From the NCBI RefSeq assembly GCF_009914755.1, contig NC_060935.1: 64,000 nucleotides of DNA. One strand, written 5' to 3'. The stretch comes from the human T2T-CHM13v2.0 reference genome, Homo sapiens. Below are positions 14,446 to 29,324 of this stretch, one piece after another. Every line of letters starts with the position of its first letter. Position 1 is the first letter of the stretch. Both the position numbers and the translations under genes were made by a program. The notes below the pieces were generated by a model. The model did not search any database and was not told where the DNA came from. It saw only the letters and a list, made by a program, of their open reading frames with translations.

Positions 14446-17400
14446 AAAAAAAGTATTGAGACTTGCTGTATTGACTAGTATGTGGACTAATACATTTTAC
14501 GAATGTTCTAGATGTGTTTGAAAAAAAATCTGTTCTGCAGTTGTTGAATGCAGTGTTCTATGTATGACCATGAGGAGTCTCATTTACTAATTGGGTGACT
14601 TAAATCTATACCCTTATTGATATTTTGGTTGTCAACTTTTATTTGCTAGTATATGTTAAAATTTTCTCATTATTATTTGTGGATTGTAGTTTTTCAGTGT
14701 ACAGGTCATATACACATTGTATCAGATTTAGCTCCATAAGGTTGATGCTATTGTGAAAGATATTTTAATATTAATTTTGGATTGTTCATTGCTAGAATAT
14801 AGAAATACAGTTGATTTTTATACATTGATTTTGTATCATGCAAACTTGCTCAACTCATTTGTTAGTTCAATTAGCATTTCAGTTGATTCCATAGGTTTTT
14901 CCCAGTAGACAATCATATCTATGAATAGCAAATGTTGTTTCTTCTTTTCCAGTCTCCATTCATTTTATTTCTCTTTGTTATGTTTTTGCACTGAAAAGAA
15001 CCTCCAGTACAATGTTGAATAGAAATAGAGAGAGTGGACATTGCTGCCTTGTTCCTGACTTTTGGAGGGAAGCACCTGGTCTTTTACCACTAAGTATTAT
15101 ATTAGCTGTTGATTTCTATAGATTCCCTTTATCCGATTGAGGAAGTTTCCAGCTTCCAGCTATCTGTAGTTTTCTGAGAGTTTTTATTAGGATTGATGTT
15201 GGATGTTTTTCCAATTATTCTTCTGAATCTATAAATATAATTGTATGTTTTTCTTTTTTCAGTCCATTAATAATTAATTACATTGATTCATTTCGAATGT
15301 TAAAACAATCTTGAATTTCTGGGATAAATTCTACTAGAACATGACATATTGTCTTTGAATATGCTGTTACATTCTACTTGCTCACATTTTAAAACATTTT
15401 TATGTGTGTTCATGGGAAATATTGGTCTGTAGTTTCTTGTAATGCTTTTGCCTGGTTTTGGTATCAGAGTAACACTGGCCTTGTAAAATTAGGTGAAAAG
15501 TATTCCTTTGTTTTGTTTTTCTGAAAGTTTGTAAAAGTTGGTATTATTTTTTACTCAAATTCTTGATATAATTGGCAGTGAAGATCTCTGGGCCTGAAGG
15601 GCTTTGTTTATTTGTTTTCTTTTGTTTTGTTTTTGTAGGAACATCATTAACTACAAATTCAATTTCTTTAATAAGGCTATTCAGGTTACCCTTTTCTTCT
15701 TTAATAAGTTTTGTCCAAGAAATGTGTGCATTTGATACAAGTTGTCAAGTTTATTGGAACACATTGTTCATAACATTCCCTAATTGTTCTTTGAAAGCCT
15801 GTGGAAAGTGTAATAATGTCACTTATATCCTTTCTGATTTTGTTCCTCTGTTCTATCAATTATGGGAAAGTGGGATTGAAATATCCAATTATAACTGTGT
15901 ATATGTCTATATTTCCTTGCACTACCATCAGTTTTCACTCCATTCTTGACCTCAGTAATTTGTATCTTCTTTTTTGACTAGAGCTTTATCAATTTTATTG
16001 ATCTTCTGAAAGTTAACATTTTTAACTTCATTGATTTTTCTGTTAATTTTCTGTTTCCTATTTTATAGATTTTTACTTTGAGCTGCATTATTTTCTTTGT
16101 TTGACTTACTCAAGGTTTATTATTCTCTTATTTTTTAGTTTCATAAGTGAAAAGCTGAGGCCATTCATTTGAGAATTTTCTTCTTTTATAACGTAGGTAT
16201 TAATTGCTATAGATTTTTTTTCCTCCAAGACTGCTTTAGCTACATACCACAAATTTCAGATGTTGTATTGCTATGCTCATTAAGTACAAAATACTTTCTA
16301 ACTTATCTTCTGATTTCTTCTTTATTTAGTAGTGTGTTATTTGGCATCAAAATATTTGGAAATTTTCAAGAGAACCTTCTGTTAATTTTTAATATAACTT
16401 GATTATGGTCAGATAAAACATTCTGTATGATTCTATTTTTTACAGATTTCTTGAGAATTGTGCTTTGACCCACAATACGTTCAATTTATATATTTATTTA
16501 TATAAATTTAGGTATATTCTGCTGTTGTTAGATGAAGTGCTATATAAATATCAGTGAGGTCCAGTTAACTGACAGTGTTGCTCAAACCTTCTATATCTCC
16601 ACTCATATTTTTATCTCCACTTGTTTTATTATTTATTTAGAAAGATGAGTTGAAATTTTTATTTATGATTGTGTATATGTTCATATCCACAATTATATAA
16701 ACTTCTATCAGTTTATGCTTCAGATATTTTGAAGCTGTGTTTTTAGGTGCATAAATATTTAGGATTGTTATGTCCTCTTAATTCATTGACCCATTCATCA
16801 CTCTGAAGTAAAAATCTTTATCCATAGTAGTATTGTTTGCAGTGAGATCTATTTTGTTTGATCTTAATATAGCCACCAGCTCTTTATGTTTATTAACATC
16901 AGCGTGGGATGTATTTTTCCTTCCTTAGGCTTTTTAACATGTTTGTGCCTTTATATTTAAAATAGATTTCTTGTAGCCAACATAGATTAATTCATTGCTT
17001 TTTAAATTTAATCTATCTCTGTCTTTTAATTAGGATGCTTATACCATTTACAATTAATATGATCATTTATATAATTGTATTTAAATCATCTTATTATTTG
17101 TTTTTCATTTGTCCCATTTACTCTTTATGTTATTTCCTCTTCTTGTTTCCTCTCTTGGATCACTAGAGTTCAACTCTTTGCTGTGTTTTCAGTGGTTGCT
17201 TTAGCATTTATTGTATATATTTATTGTATTACAAATTCCACAATATATTGTCATCATTTTGATTTAAAATAAATTATATTTCAAGAGATTTAAGTAAAAA
17301 ATATTCATATTTACATATGCAGTTAGCATTTCTGGTGTGAAAATTCAAATTTCTATTTAGTATTTTTTTTTCTGCCTGAGGAGGTTTTGTAACAGATATC

Positions 17401-18385
17401 AATTTCTGCTGGTGATAAATATTTCCAACTTTCATATGTCTAAACATTTATTTTGCTTTTATTTTGAAAGATATTTCAAACTGTAAACAATTTTAGGTTG
17501 ACAATTTTTTAATACTTTAAAATATTGTTTCAGTGTTTTCAAGGCTGCATTACTTTGAATGAGAAGTTTGCTTTTCAACCTTATCTTTGCACCTGTCTAT
17601 GTAACGTCTTCTACCCCTGGCTGCTTTTAAGACGTTCTCTTCAACACTGGTTTTAAGCAATGTGATTAGCATATGCCTTGGTGTTGTTTTCTTTATATTT
17701 CTTGGCTAGGGTTTCTCAAGATTTATGGATCCATGCGTTTATAATTTTCCTCAAATTTAGAAAATATTTGATTATTATTTATTTAATGTTTTGATCTTTT
17801 CCACTTCTACACACTGCCCAGCCTTGAGGGATTCTAACTGTAAGTTGAGGTTGTCCCAAAGTTCATGAAAGTCTTTTCTGTTTTTTTTTTCATGTGTCTT
17901 TCTCAGTCCCTGTTTTTCTTTTGAGTGCTTTCTATTGTTAGCTTTTCAAATATGTTAATCTTTTCTTTCACAATCTATAACCTGCCTTTAATATCATCCA
18001 GTGCATTTTTTCATTTCCGATACTCTATCTTTAGCTCTAGAAGTTTACTTTGGGGCTTTTTATTCCTTCATGTCTTGATTAACATGTGTAATATTCCTTC
18101 TACTTTTTTGAATATTAAACATACAGTTGTAGTCATCGTTTTAGTCTCTTTGTCTACTAATTAAATCTTGTTATTTTTCTCCTCATCGTGGGCTGTATTT
18201 TCTTACTTATATGTCTTCTTGGTAATTTTTATTGAATGCTAGATGTTATGAATTTTACCTCGCTATGTGCTAGAATTATTACACTCCTGTAAATATTATC
18301 GAGATATTATTTCTGGACATGGTCAAATTGGTTGTAAAGAGGTTTTTTGTTTGTTTGTTTTTTTGTTCGTTTTTTTGTCTTTTGA

Positions 18386-18724
<339 letters not shown>

Positions 18725-20931
18725 TAATTCTTATTATTAGTATTATTACTGAGGTGAGACATTTTTTACTATTGCAACTGTTCTCTGAATTATGAGATTT
18801 CCTACTCTGTTGGAAGAAAGCATTATATCCAGCTCTGTGTTTTTCAGGCATATGTCATTTATATTTTTTGGATGGTTCTGTCTCAGACCTCAAGTACTTT
18901 CATTACATATACAGTACTCATCTGAACACTTAAAGGGGACAATCTAGTTATCATAAGGTTCACCTCATTTGCTTCCTGACCCAGAGAGATTATTCTTCAC
19001 ATGATGTCCAATGTCTTGAGTGGAATTATTCCACATATTTTATTTCATTTTTTAGTTATTTCATGCAGTGTTGTAAATCTAAGTCCTGTTTCTCCATCTT
19101 GATCAGAAATGAATACACACACATACACATATATACATATTAGTTTTTAAGATATAATTTTTTATTTTCTGTGCATACTTTGGGGCTTATCTTTTGCATA
19201 TTTTACATAGTAATCTTTTTTGTTTTAATATGATCCTGTTGCATTTTAGTATTGAAACCTTTCAAATCTGTTTCTGCTGTCTCTCCTTTCTTCCAGTTGT
19301 TGAGCATGGCATCCTTCTTTCTTGTATGTTTACTTAACTTTGACTATGAGTTTATCATTTTCCTTTTAATATTAACTTTGGTTTGTTTCAGGTTTACAAT
19401 CAAAGTGGATTCCTCCAGAGATAATGTGCTTTTGCTTCTGCTAGACATCTAGTAGGTAGTATCAATTTAGAACCTTTATAAGCCAAAAGGTTTTCGGATC
19501 CAGATAGGTAATATAGGTTTTATTTATTTGTTTATTTTCATTTTTGATGTCTTGCTGTGCTCAGTGGTGAGGTTTGCAGGAGATGGAGTTGGGGGCAGGT
19601 AGTTTGCTTCTGGCTTATCCTCACATTGAGGGTTCATCTTGTGGGAGTCCAAGATTTAAATGGAGAGGTTATTTTATTAGAAATCTCACACTGAAAACAG
19701 GCTCTGACATTTGGACTCTGCTCCCAGTGTCAAATGAGGCCATCAAGTCAGCTTTTACTAGTTTATCTCAAAATAATAGATAAAACAAACATCCCTATTT
19801 TACATCAGTACGAACTTGTTTCTCATTTACATTATATGCCAGGAACTGTGAAACTATAGTCGTCTTTACTCTGATATGCAGACTTAACAAGTAAATGCTA
19901 TATGGAAACTGGCATTCCTATTAAAGAGGGATAGGTGAGATCCCTATCTCATCTTTCTGTTCATCTTTTATTGCCCATATAGAGTCACATGAATTTGCCT
20001 ATCATCAAGACAGCAGGGCTGTGTGTAACCCTCTCACCGAGAGAATAAATGTACATAAGATCAATTCTGTGATGTTTTTCATATGAATTTTTTTTAATTC
20101 AGCACTTTTTGTTGATTAAAAAGAAAATTTAATCCAAACAACAAAATCTGCCATATTACTAAAGCAAGAATGCAGAATATATTTTAACTGTGATTATATT
20201 ATATATATAAAGCATGAAGCTTACAATTTTAACTATTTTTAAATTTACAGTTCAGTAGCATTGATTTCATTCACATTATTGTGCAACCATCACCATGAAA
20301 AGTCTCTAGAACTTTTTTATCTTGGAAAACTGAAACTCTACATCTATGAATAACTGAATTTCCCTCTTTCCCAGTCCCAGGCAATCACCATTCTACTTTC
20401 TGTTTCTATGAATTTGACTAATCTAGGTACCACATATAAATGGAATATTACAGCCTTAGTTCTTTCATGACTGGTCTATTTAACTTAGCATGATGTCTTG
20501 AAATTTTATCCATGTTGTTATATGAATAGAATGTATCCAAATTTTATTTGTTTTAAAGGCTGAATAATATTCCATTGTATGTATTTCCTGCATCTTATTT
20601 ATCTGTTCATCTGTTGATGGACATTTAAGTTGCTTCTACCTTTTGGCTATTGTGAATAATGCTGCTATCAACATTATTGATAGTCTTGACTTCTTGAGCA
20701 TCTATAGTACTAGTGCACATTAACTTTGTCATCAGTTGCACAAATGTCTGTTTGAGTCCTTGCTTTCAACACTTTTGGGTATAAACCCCAACAAGGAATT
20801 TTAATTTATTGAGGAAACTCTATACTGTTTTCCATAGTGGCTACACTACTTTATATTCTTCTGACAGTGCACATGTGTTCTAATTTCTCCCCATTCTTCT
20901 CAACACGTATCATTTTCTCTCCATATATATA

Positions 20932-21042
20932 TTTTAGAGATGAGATCTCTCTATATTGCTTAGCCTGGACTTGAACTCATGTGATTCTCCTGTCTTAGCC
21001 TCTTGAGTAGCTGGGCCTACAGGTCGTGTTACCACACCTGGG
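20932..21042 (-). mobile_element. FLAM / free left Alu monomer
   Basis: Single diverged monomer, TTTTAGAGATGAGATCTC...ACCACACCTGGG. Confidence 0.75.
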
Positions 21043-21224
21043 TATTTTCTTTTTCTTTTTGTAATAGCCATCCTAATGGGTATGAAGTAGTATATCATTA
21101 TGGTTTTGATTTGCATTTTCCTAATGATTAGTGATGTTGAACACCTTTTCATGTGCTTTTTGGCCTTTGATATCTTTTTTATTTGAATAATATTTACTCA
21201 AGTTCTTTGCCCATTTTTAATTAG

Positions 21225-21682
<458 letters not shown>

Positions 21683-22078
21683 AGTACTTCTTTAAACATT
21701 CTGCATATTAACCTCTTAGCAGACATATGATTTACAAATATTTTCTCCCATTCACTGGGTTGCCTCTTCACTTTATTGATAGTGTGCCCAATTTTTGATG
21801 CATAATTAAAACATTTTCTGATATAGTTCAATTTATCTATTTTTTCTGTTGTGAAAGCAGTTTTTTTCTAAGACAAAGGATTAAAGTGAATAAAATATAT
21901 TTTATCCCAAGTTTATTAGACTCCTTTATATTTTGAAAAGTTTATCAAAATATTTTGATCTTGAACATAGACACATTAGGCATTTAGCGTGACTCAAAAT
22001 GTGCCTTGACTTATCCATAATTTCTTTTTCATTTTTGATGATGTTTAAAACAATAAGAAAGAAAAATTGTATAATTCT

Positions 22079-22678
22079 TGTGATAGTTAATCTTATACGT
22101 CAACTTGACTGGGCTAAGGGATGGCCAGACACGTGGTAAACATTATTTCTGGGTGTGTCTTTGAAGGAATTCCTGGAAGAGATTAGCATTTGAATCAGTA
22201 TACTGAATAAAAAAGATCACTTTCACCTGGCATCTTCCAATGGTGATGACATTGGGTGAGCACCATTCAATACATTGAGGGCCTAAATCTAACAAAAAGG
22301 TGGAAGAAGGCGAAATTTACTCCCCTTGAACTGGAGCATCCGTCTTCTCTCCTCAGGCTCTGGAGGTCCTGGTTTTTTGGCCTTTGGACTCGGACTTAAC
22401 ACCAGCATCCCTTCACCTACCTCAGCTTCTCAGGCCATTGACTCACACTGAATTACACCATGAGCTTCTCTGGTTCTCCAGCTTTCAGATGATATTTTCC
22501 ATCTCCCTCTCTCTCTCTCCTTTCTCTTTTATTCTTTCTTTCTTTTTTTTTTCTTGGTAGAGTCTCACACTGTTGTTGTTGTTGTTGTAGAACTTGTCAG
22601 CCTCTATAATCATTCATAATCATGTGAACCAACTCCCAAACCTCTCTCTCTCTCTCTCCCCCTCTCTCTCTCTCTATA

Positions 22679-22711
<33 letters not shown>

Positions 22712-22796
22712 GTATATATGTATGTATGGAGGACATTATGTTATATGAAGCCAGAAACAGAAGGAAAAATATCACATGTATATATATACATAAACA

Positions 22797-22847
<51 letters not shown>

Positions 22848-23013
22848 GCGTGTTTATGTATATATATACATGTGATATTTTTCCTTCTGTTTCTGGCTTC
22901 ATATAACATAATGTCCTCCATACATACATATATACATATATATATATATACACACACATATATATATATATATCCTATTGGTTCTATTTTTCAGGAGAAC
23001 CTTGACTAATACA
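22079..23013 (+). mobile_element. MLT2B/D-like ERVL solo LTR
   Basis: TGTGATAGTTAATC...GAGAACCTTGACTAATACA; 5-bp TSD ATTCT/ATTCC. Confidence 0.88.
22689..22958. repeat. 270-bp AT-rich palindrome, (TA)n centre, no spacer
   Basis: Arms compared base by base; only mismatch is T22813/G22834. Confidence 0.97.
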
Positions 23014-25964
23014 ATTCCTTTGGCATCCCACATTTAGATTGTTAGTGTTTTGAAAAGGCAGACAAACATCTTTGAGTTTCAGTAAACCTACACATTTTTA
23101 GCAATTTGATTAGGAGAGCTTAATTTACTGAATCTTTTTCTTCATTTCCCTGATTGCAGTAGAAAATTGGGTTGACAGCTTATATTGTTGATGCTTCATT
23201 TTTAGTTGAGGCCGGGGACTCCCAATTCTTGCCCTTTCATTAAGGTTTATAGTATGTACTGTAGTTTCTTTAGAAATAAAGCAAAACAGAAAAATGTTTG
23301 GTTTTGTAATTGAATCAACTGAGAAGGTACTTAAACCTGATGTTTTCGGTGGCAAATTCATAAAACTGTAAATATTGTGGTGCCTTTTTCGAATTCATTT
23401 TTTAAAAAACTCTCCTTAGAAAAGTTTTTAGAAGACCCAAATATGAACAGACTATTTTGTACCTTAAGAATTTATAGTGAAAATTTTATTTTTGCTTAGA
23501 GCATACTTAACATTGTTCTTAAATGTAATCTCGCTTGCCCTTTTAAATGTGTTGCCCAAAATTTAAACAATAATGCCTGCTGAAGTGTTCTTGGTATTCT
23601 CTGACACACTGTATTTGCTCCTGAGACAAAGCTATAACATTCAAATGATATACTTTCTACTCTTAGAGCCAATATATCATTAAGCTAGTGAAGGATGGCA
23701 GGCTTAGAGTAATGGGCATGCCATGTGTACCAGTCAGAAGGTAAAATGCCAAGTGGGCTTTCTTGTTTCTCTCATATATCAAAATTCATGCATCAGAGGA
23801 GATTGGTTAGTTGGGAATGTAGGGCCCAAACAGCTTCAACTATTCCTTTCATTTCTGTGAGTATTCTCCTGTTTCACATTTTCTCTTCCTTATAAAGGCA
23901 TTTTCACATATAATACATTTATAGTATTAATATGACTTTTTCTTCATTCCTTCAGGAAATAGATTTTGGACTGCAAGAGGTATATTCCATGAGAAAATTA
24001 GACTACTGACTTACAATCTGAAAGAAAAATGTTTGATTGAGTTCAGCAACAGAAGTGAACAATTCATCAATTATATTATGTCATAATTTTATTCCTAAAG
24101 TTATTAGCTTTTGGTTTTAGTAAAGTCTGTGCCTTGAAAATGACCTTCAATAAATTAACATTTTTAGCATTTTGTAGGAATATTTATTTGAATTCTACAA
24201 ATCTCATATTTCATTCTCAGACCAATGAATTTATGTAGTCTTGATTAGTATGGAAATATGTTATTTAGGTGTGAAAAGAACCATGCTCATTTTATTTGAA
24301 ACACTCATTTCATCTGACAATATCTTCCTAAAGCAGAGAGTTGCTGTTGATAAGACAAAAGGTAACGGCTTTGTGGTGCAATGGATAGCACATTGACCTC
24401 TAGCTGAGCCTGGTGTGGACATTCAAAGACAAAAGAAGAAGGGAGTGTAATTTCTAGATGAAGAATACTGTCTTTCCATCTTACACCCTTGGGAGAGAAG
24501 AAAAACAAATCATTTTCACCCCCACCACATAAATACCGAAAGTGTCATAAAGAAATTATAGTTGCGTAACTCCAGGTATATGTAAATTAACATTTTGTGA
24601 GTTTTCATTTTGAGTATTAGAGAAATCCATAATTAAAAACGATTACTGAGTATATATCCAAAGAAAATAAAATCATTATATTAAAGAGATATCTGCACTT
24701 CTATGTTTATAGAAACACACGGTGCTTACTCTGTCCCAGGTAGTGTTTTGAGTGCCTCACATACCTAAGTCATTTATTCTTAATTACAACCTCATGGTAG
24801 AGGGGTTATTTTTATCTCCATTTTGCAGAGGAAGCCGAGACAGAGAGCTTCATTACTTTGCTCATGAGGAACCAGGCAGAGCTACCATCTGCAGCGGCAT
24901 AAGCTGTGTGCCACATGCATCCAGAGTCATCATCACATATATACAGTGGACACAAGATTCCACGTTCATGCCTTCAATTAGTACATTTTGCTGCCTCTTG
25001 TAAATGGCTTGTCAATAATTGGAAATCAATTCCATTACTACTTATGACATATTACTTTTAGAAACATTATGGGTCAAACCTCCAAAGGTTTATTTGGTGC
25101 CTCACAAATTTCCTGGTATTTCAGTAAATAATTTCCTCCTTTCATGTGCCTGATGCTATGAAGTTACAGTTATTCTGTTATATACACAGGACATGACTAT
25201 TAATAAGATAGCTGATTGTCACATATATGTCAGAATTTCTTCATATTTTTAACTTGTATACATTTTCAGGCACGATTTGAAGTATCAAATATGATTTAAA
25301 ATATTTTTTATGGAAATGTGTTGATTTTATGTTCTAAATGCAATACATGACACATTTAATTTTGTTATCAAAAAAACTCATAATTTTACTGCTGATGTTA
25401 ATAAAAGCTTCACATAGAAGAAGACCCACTTCTGAAATTCAATTATTCTTATATAATCCAAAATGCTGTATTTTTTGGGTAGAAGTTTATAACTAAAGTA
25501 ATGAAGCTTTCCTGTTCAAAAGTAAATGGCTGATATTCTGTGATTATACATTCTAGCCAAAGCATCTTTATTAATTATTACATCATGCATTTCTGTTCAC
25601 TTGCTTTCAAAACTGTTTATTAAAGAAGTCCCTAATAGTTCCCACTCAAAGCTTGTTCTCATCTACACATTGAGCTTTAGAACTATATCTCATATCTGTG
25701 TAAGCATTTTACAATAGGCCTGCTTGATTTTGACTTCTGGTATATTTCTAGTCCTTTTGGTTTCAGTGTTTTTTGCACCTTTCTTTATTATTGAAGCCCA
25801 AGGTGTGACAAATAATAAGTGCTGAGGCTCATGAACTGTGTCATTTTTACTTCTGAACATCTGTCTCCTCATTAATAAGAAGTAATCCCATTTACTTCAT
25901 AGAGTTCCAGTGAGAATTGGTTGATATAACATGTTTAAAATATATACTTCAAGTAAGAAAGTGG

Positions 25965-26449
25965 TGTATTTCTTTCCTATGACTGCTCTAAAAATTGCCA
26001 CCAATTTCATTTCTTAAAACAGCACGAATTAATTATCTTTTGGTTCTGGATGCCAGAAGTCCAAGATCACTTTCAATGGGCCAAAGTCAAGGTGTCAACA
26101 GGGTTGCTTTCTTCTGGAGGCTCCAGGGGACAATCCATTTCCTTACCTTTTCTAGCTTCTGGTGGCCACCTACATTCCTTGACCTGGGACCCTTTCCGGG
26201 CATCACTCTAACCCTGGCTACCTTTCTTGCATCTCCTGCTTTCTTGCCTGTAATCAAATTTCTGACTTTCTTTTATCACACTGTGATTACATCAAGGATT
26301 GCCATAAATATTCCTTGATAATAATACCCCCATCTCAAGATCCTTAACTTAATCACATCTGCAAAATCTTTGTGGCTGTATAAGTAACATTCACAGTTTC
26401 CCAGGATTAGGACTTGGGTATCTTTGGGGCCATTATTCACCTTATCACA
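25965..26449 (-). mobile_element. MLT1D-like MaLR LTR
   Basis: GGTTCTGGATGCCAGAAGTCCAAG, TCCTTAACTTAATCACATCTGCAAA; TG...CA termini. Confidence 0.85.
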
Positions 26450-27034
26450 CAGTCTTTTCAAATTCTCTCTTTCTTATCCTTCCAAGTACACACATAGCTA
26501 GGCTGACTTTAAATTAGCATCAAGAAAGTCTCTGATAAGTATCCCAGAATATTCCAATACACTCCTTTAAAAAAACATTAAAATTAAATGCATGCTATCC
26601 TTTATATATTTTGTTCCATATTGCAAAAGTTAAGACTGTCTACCCTCCAAAAAAATCCATGTTCATATCTTTAGATGCTATTCAACATATTTTGGATATT
26701 TGATATGATAGCACCATTGCAAGACATATCAAGGGCAAAAAAGCTGGGGAGGATTGTGTAGTGACCTATATTTTACTCTTTAAAGCAGGATCCCTGAAAG
26801 AGTTAAAAAAGTATTAATAATTATGGTGGAATAACAAGTTTGAACTGCATTGAAAAAATGAGAATACATAGACAGCTACCCAATCCGAAGGATCTATCCC
26901 TTTGTGAATTTCTCCATTGGTGGCAAGAAGGAATGTACTTAGGAAAATCACTTTGCTAACAGAGATTGACAATTCTCTGTTCCTTTGACATATTTAGCAA
27001 AAATTTATTACACAGAATTATGAGAGCACTGTCT

Positions 27035-28085
27035 GTATGTGAAAATTAATTGGGCATCCTCAAAATTAAAAACCTCTGTTCTTCCAAAGGCACTGTTACG
27101 AAAATAATAAGGCAAATCACACACTGGAAGAAAAAACTTGTAGTATGTGACAAAGAGCTTGTAGCCATAATATTTTTTTTAAAGTTGCAACTTAATATTT
27201 ACACAATGCAATTTAAGAAAGGTACGCAAGATTTTTAGACACATCGCAAAATAAAATATCAGATATACAAAGGAATAATAAGCACATGAACAGAAGCCGA
27301 ATATCATTAGTCATTAAATAAAATTGTCAAAAATAATACACCATTACTCACCCATAAGAATAGTAAACATTGATAATATTGAAATACTAAGTTTGTCAAG
27401 CATGTGTTACAACTGCAATACTCATATGCTGCTGAGGAGAATATAAAATGGGATAGTAGTTTATCAGTTTCTTATAAACATACATATATATTATAACAGA
27501 TTTCCAGTCTTTAGTATTTTTAAGACTGAAATTATTAAAACAACATGTCCACATAAAGACTTGCAAATAAATTTTTAAAGCAGCTTCATTCTCAATTGTA
27601 TCAAATTGAGAATAATCCTAATGCCAATCGACATGTGACTGGATAAACATATTATGGCTTATTCACTCAATGGAATACTATCCAACAATAAGAAGAAATG
27701 AACTACTGCTACTTGCAATATGAATGAACGTTACAAACATTATATTGAGCACAAAGAAAGAACAAAACAAAACAAAACAGAGACAGAAACAAAAGGATAC
27801 GTATGGTTAGATTGTATGATTCCATTTATCTAAAAGCTCTAGAATAGGGCAGTCTAATCACTAGTGACAAAAGTAAATTGGTGGTTGCTTGCAGTCGAGG
27901 GTGGAAGGTTATTGTTCTGGAAGACACACTAGGGGACTTTAGGGGTTGATACAACTATTCTATACTGGAAGTGTGGTAGTGGTCACAAGGGTGCAATAAA
28001 CTCATCAAAACTTATTGATGTTCATAGAAATTTGTTGCATTTTATTGTATGGACATTATACCTCAACAAAGTTTATTTCAAAATA
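27035..28085 (+). mobile_element. L1MB/MC-like 3' fragment
   Basis: AAAATTAAAAACCTCTGTTCTTC...ATGGAATACTA...TTATACCTCAACAAAG. Confidence 0.8.
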
Positions 28086-28760
28086 TTTATAACTATCCTT
28101 GTTACAAAAGTTATGCATGTTTATTGTTCTTTGTGGAAAATTTAGAAAACTCAAAAAGTAAAGAGAGTGTGAGAAACAACCGATCCTTAGAATAAAGACA
28201 AAGATGCAATCTGATAGTGTAAAACTACTATATGTTTTATATACCTAGTATGTGTTTAATACCTAACATTAAGCTTTTCCTTTAATCCTTACTTTTCATG
28301 TATTGGATCCTGAATTGTGTTAAATTTCAATCTCAACTTCCTAGGATTAGAGGCCTTCCCAAAGGCTCCTATAGATGTTCTAGAGATATTTTGCTCTAGG
28401 AAAACAAAGGCAAGACCTGTAATCTGAATTTCAAGTAATGAGACCCAGTTTGTGTAAGTCAATTTGAGTACATTCAGACTTATTCCCAGGGCAACTCTTA
28501 GAAGACTTCCTGTTCTATCTCCTCACTTTCCCATCTGCACCTAGACTTGCATCAATCTTGCTATGCTTTATATGAATTTTTGGACATGTATCTAGTCTCT
28601 CGGCATTGTTTCTTGAGTTCAGTCCTTGCCTTGCTCCCTTTGGTATCACACCCTAGTTTCCTCTATTTGTTTCAGACACTAAGAAAACTGCACTGAAAGT
28701 CTTCTCCTGGCCTGTGAGTGATTCCTGACCCACTCTTCCATTTTTACTCTGAGAGTGGAG

Positions 28761-28853
28761 TTTTATCCTTGGAGAATTTCCTTTGAACTGCTTTTATCCT
28801 TGGAGAATTTTCTTTGAACTGCTTTTATCCTTGGAGAGTTTCCTTTGAACTGC
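28761..28853. repeat. 31-bp minisatellite x3
   Basis: TTTTATCCTTGGAGAATTTCCTTTGAACTGC three times, one substitution each in units 2 and 3. Confidence 0.95.
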
Positions 28854-29324
28854 TAATCTAGACTTTCAACACCTCTTTCTGCCTTCAGATCTCTCTCTAC
28901 TTCTTTATTTCCCTCACTGACCTCCAACTATTAGAGTCAGGAAACTGTTGGAAGAAATCCTTCAGATCCTTTAATTCCTTGGTAGCTTGGACGGCAACTC
29001 TGACTTGATTTAATGACACCATTGCCAGGTACATTAACTTATTATCACTTTCACACCTTTAACTGCTTACTAGGTCTGACCTCTACTTTCATTGACAACT
29101 CTGTGGCTTCATTCACGGAAAGAAAATGAATCATTTGCAGGGCAGTCTTTCCGATGCTTCACCTCATTTCCATGTTTCTTATCTCTGAGGTTATAGTAAC
29201 ATGGCAGTAGGAAACTTACACTACTTTTTAGATACATTATAGCTAATTGAAAGAAAAATTGCTTTAGCTAAATACATTTATTGTAAAGCTTTCTCTCCAA
29301 TCATCTCATATATTAATAAATAGT

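Noticed and set aside
22530-22576. Tiny Alu 3'-end-like fragment inside MLT2
   Set aside because: Only about 18 informative bases within low-complexity sequence and no clear TSD.
22594-22959. Mirror-image Y/I-rich ORFs on both strands
   Set aside because: By-product of the palindrome and of TA repeats lacking stop codons.
23938-23986. Possible micro-exon (pyrimidine tract-CAG, 24 nt, GTATAT)
   Set aside because: Weak donor and no supporting partner exons; such sites are common by chance.
28761-28853. CRISPR-like array
   Set aside because: Head-to-tail repeats without spacers in primate DNA; a minisatellite.
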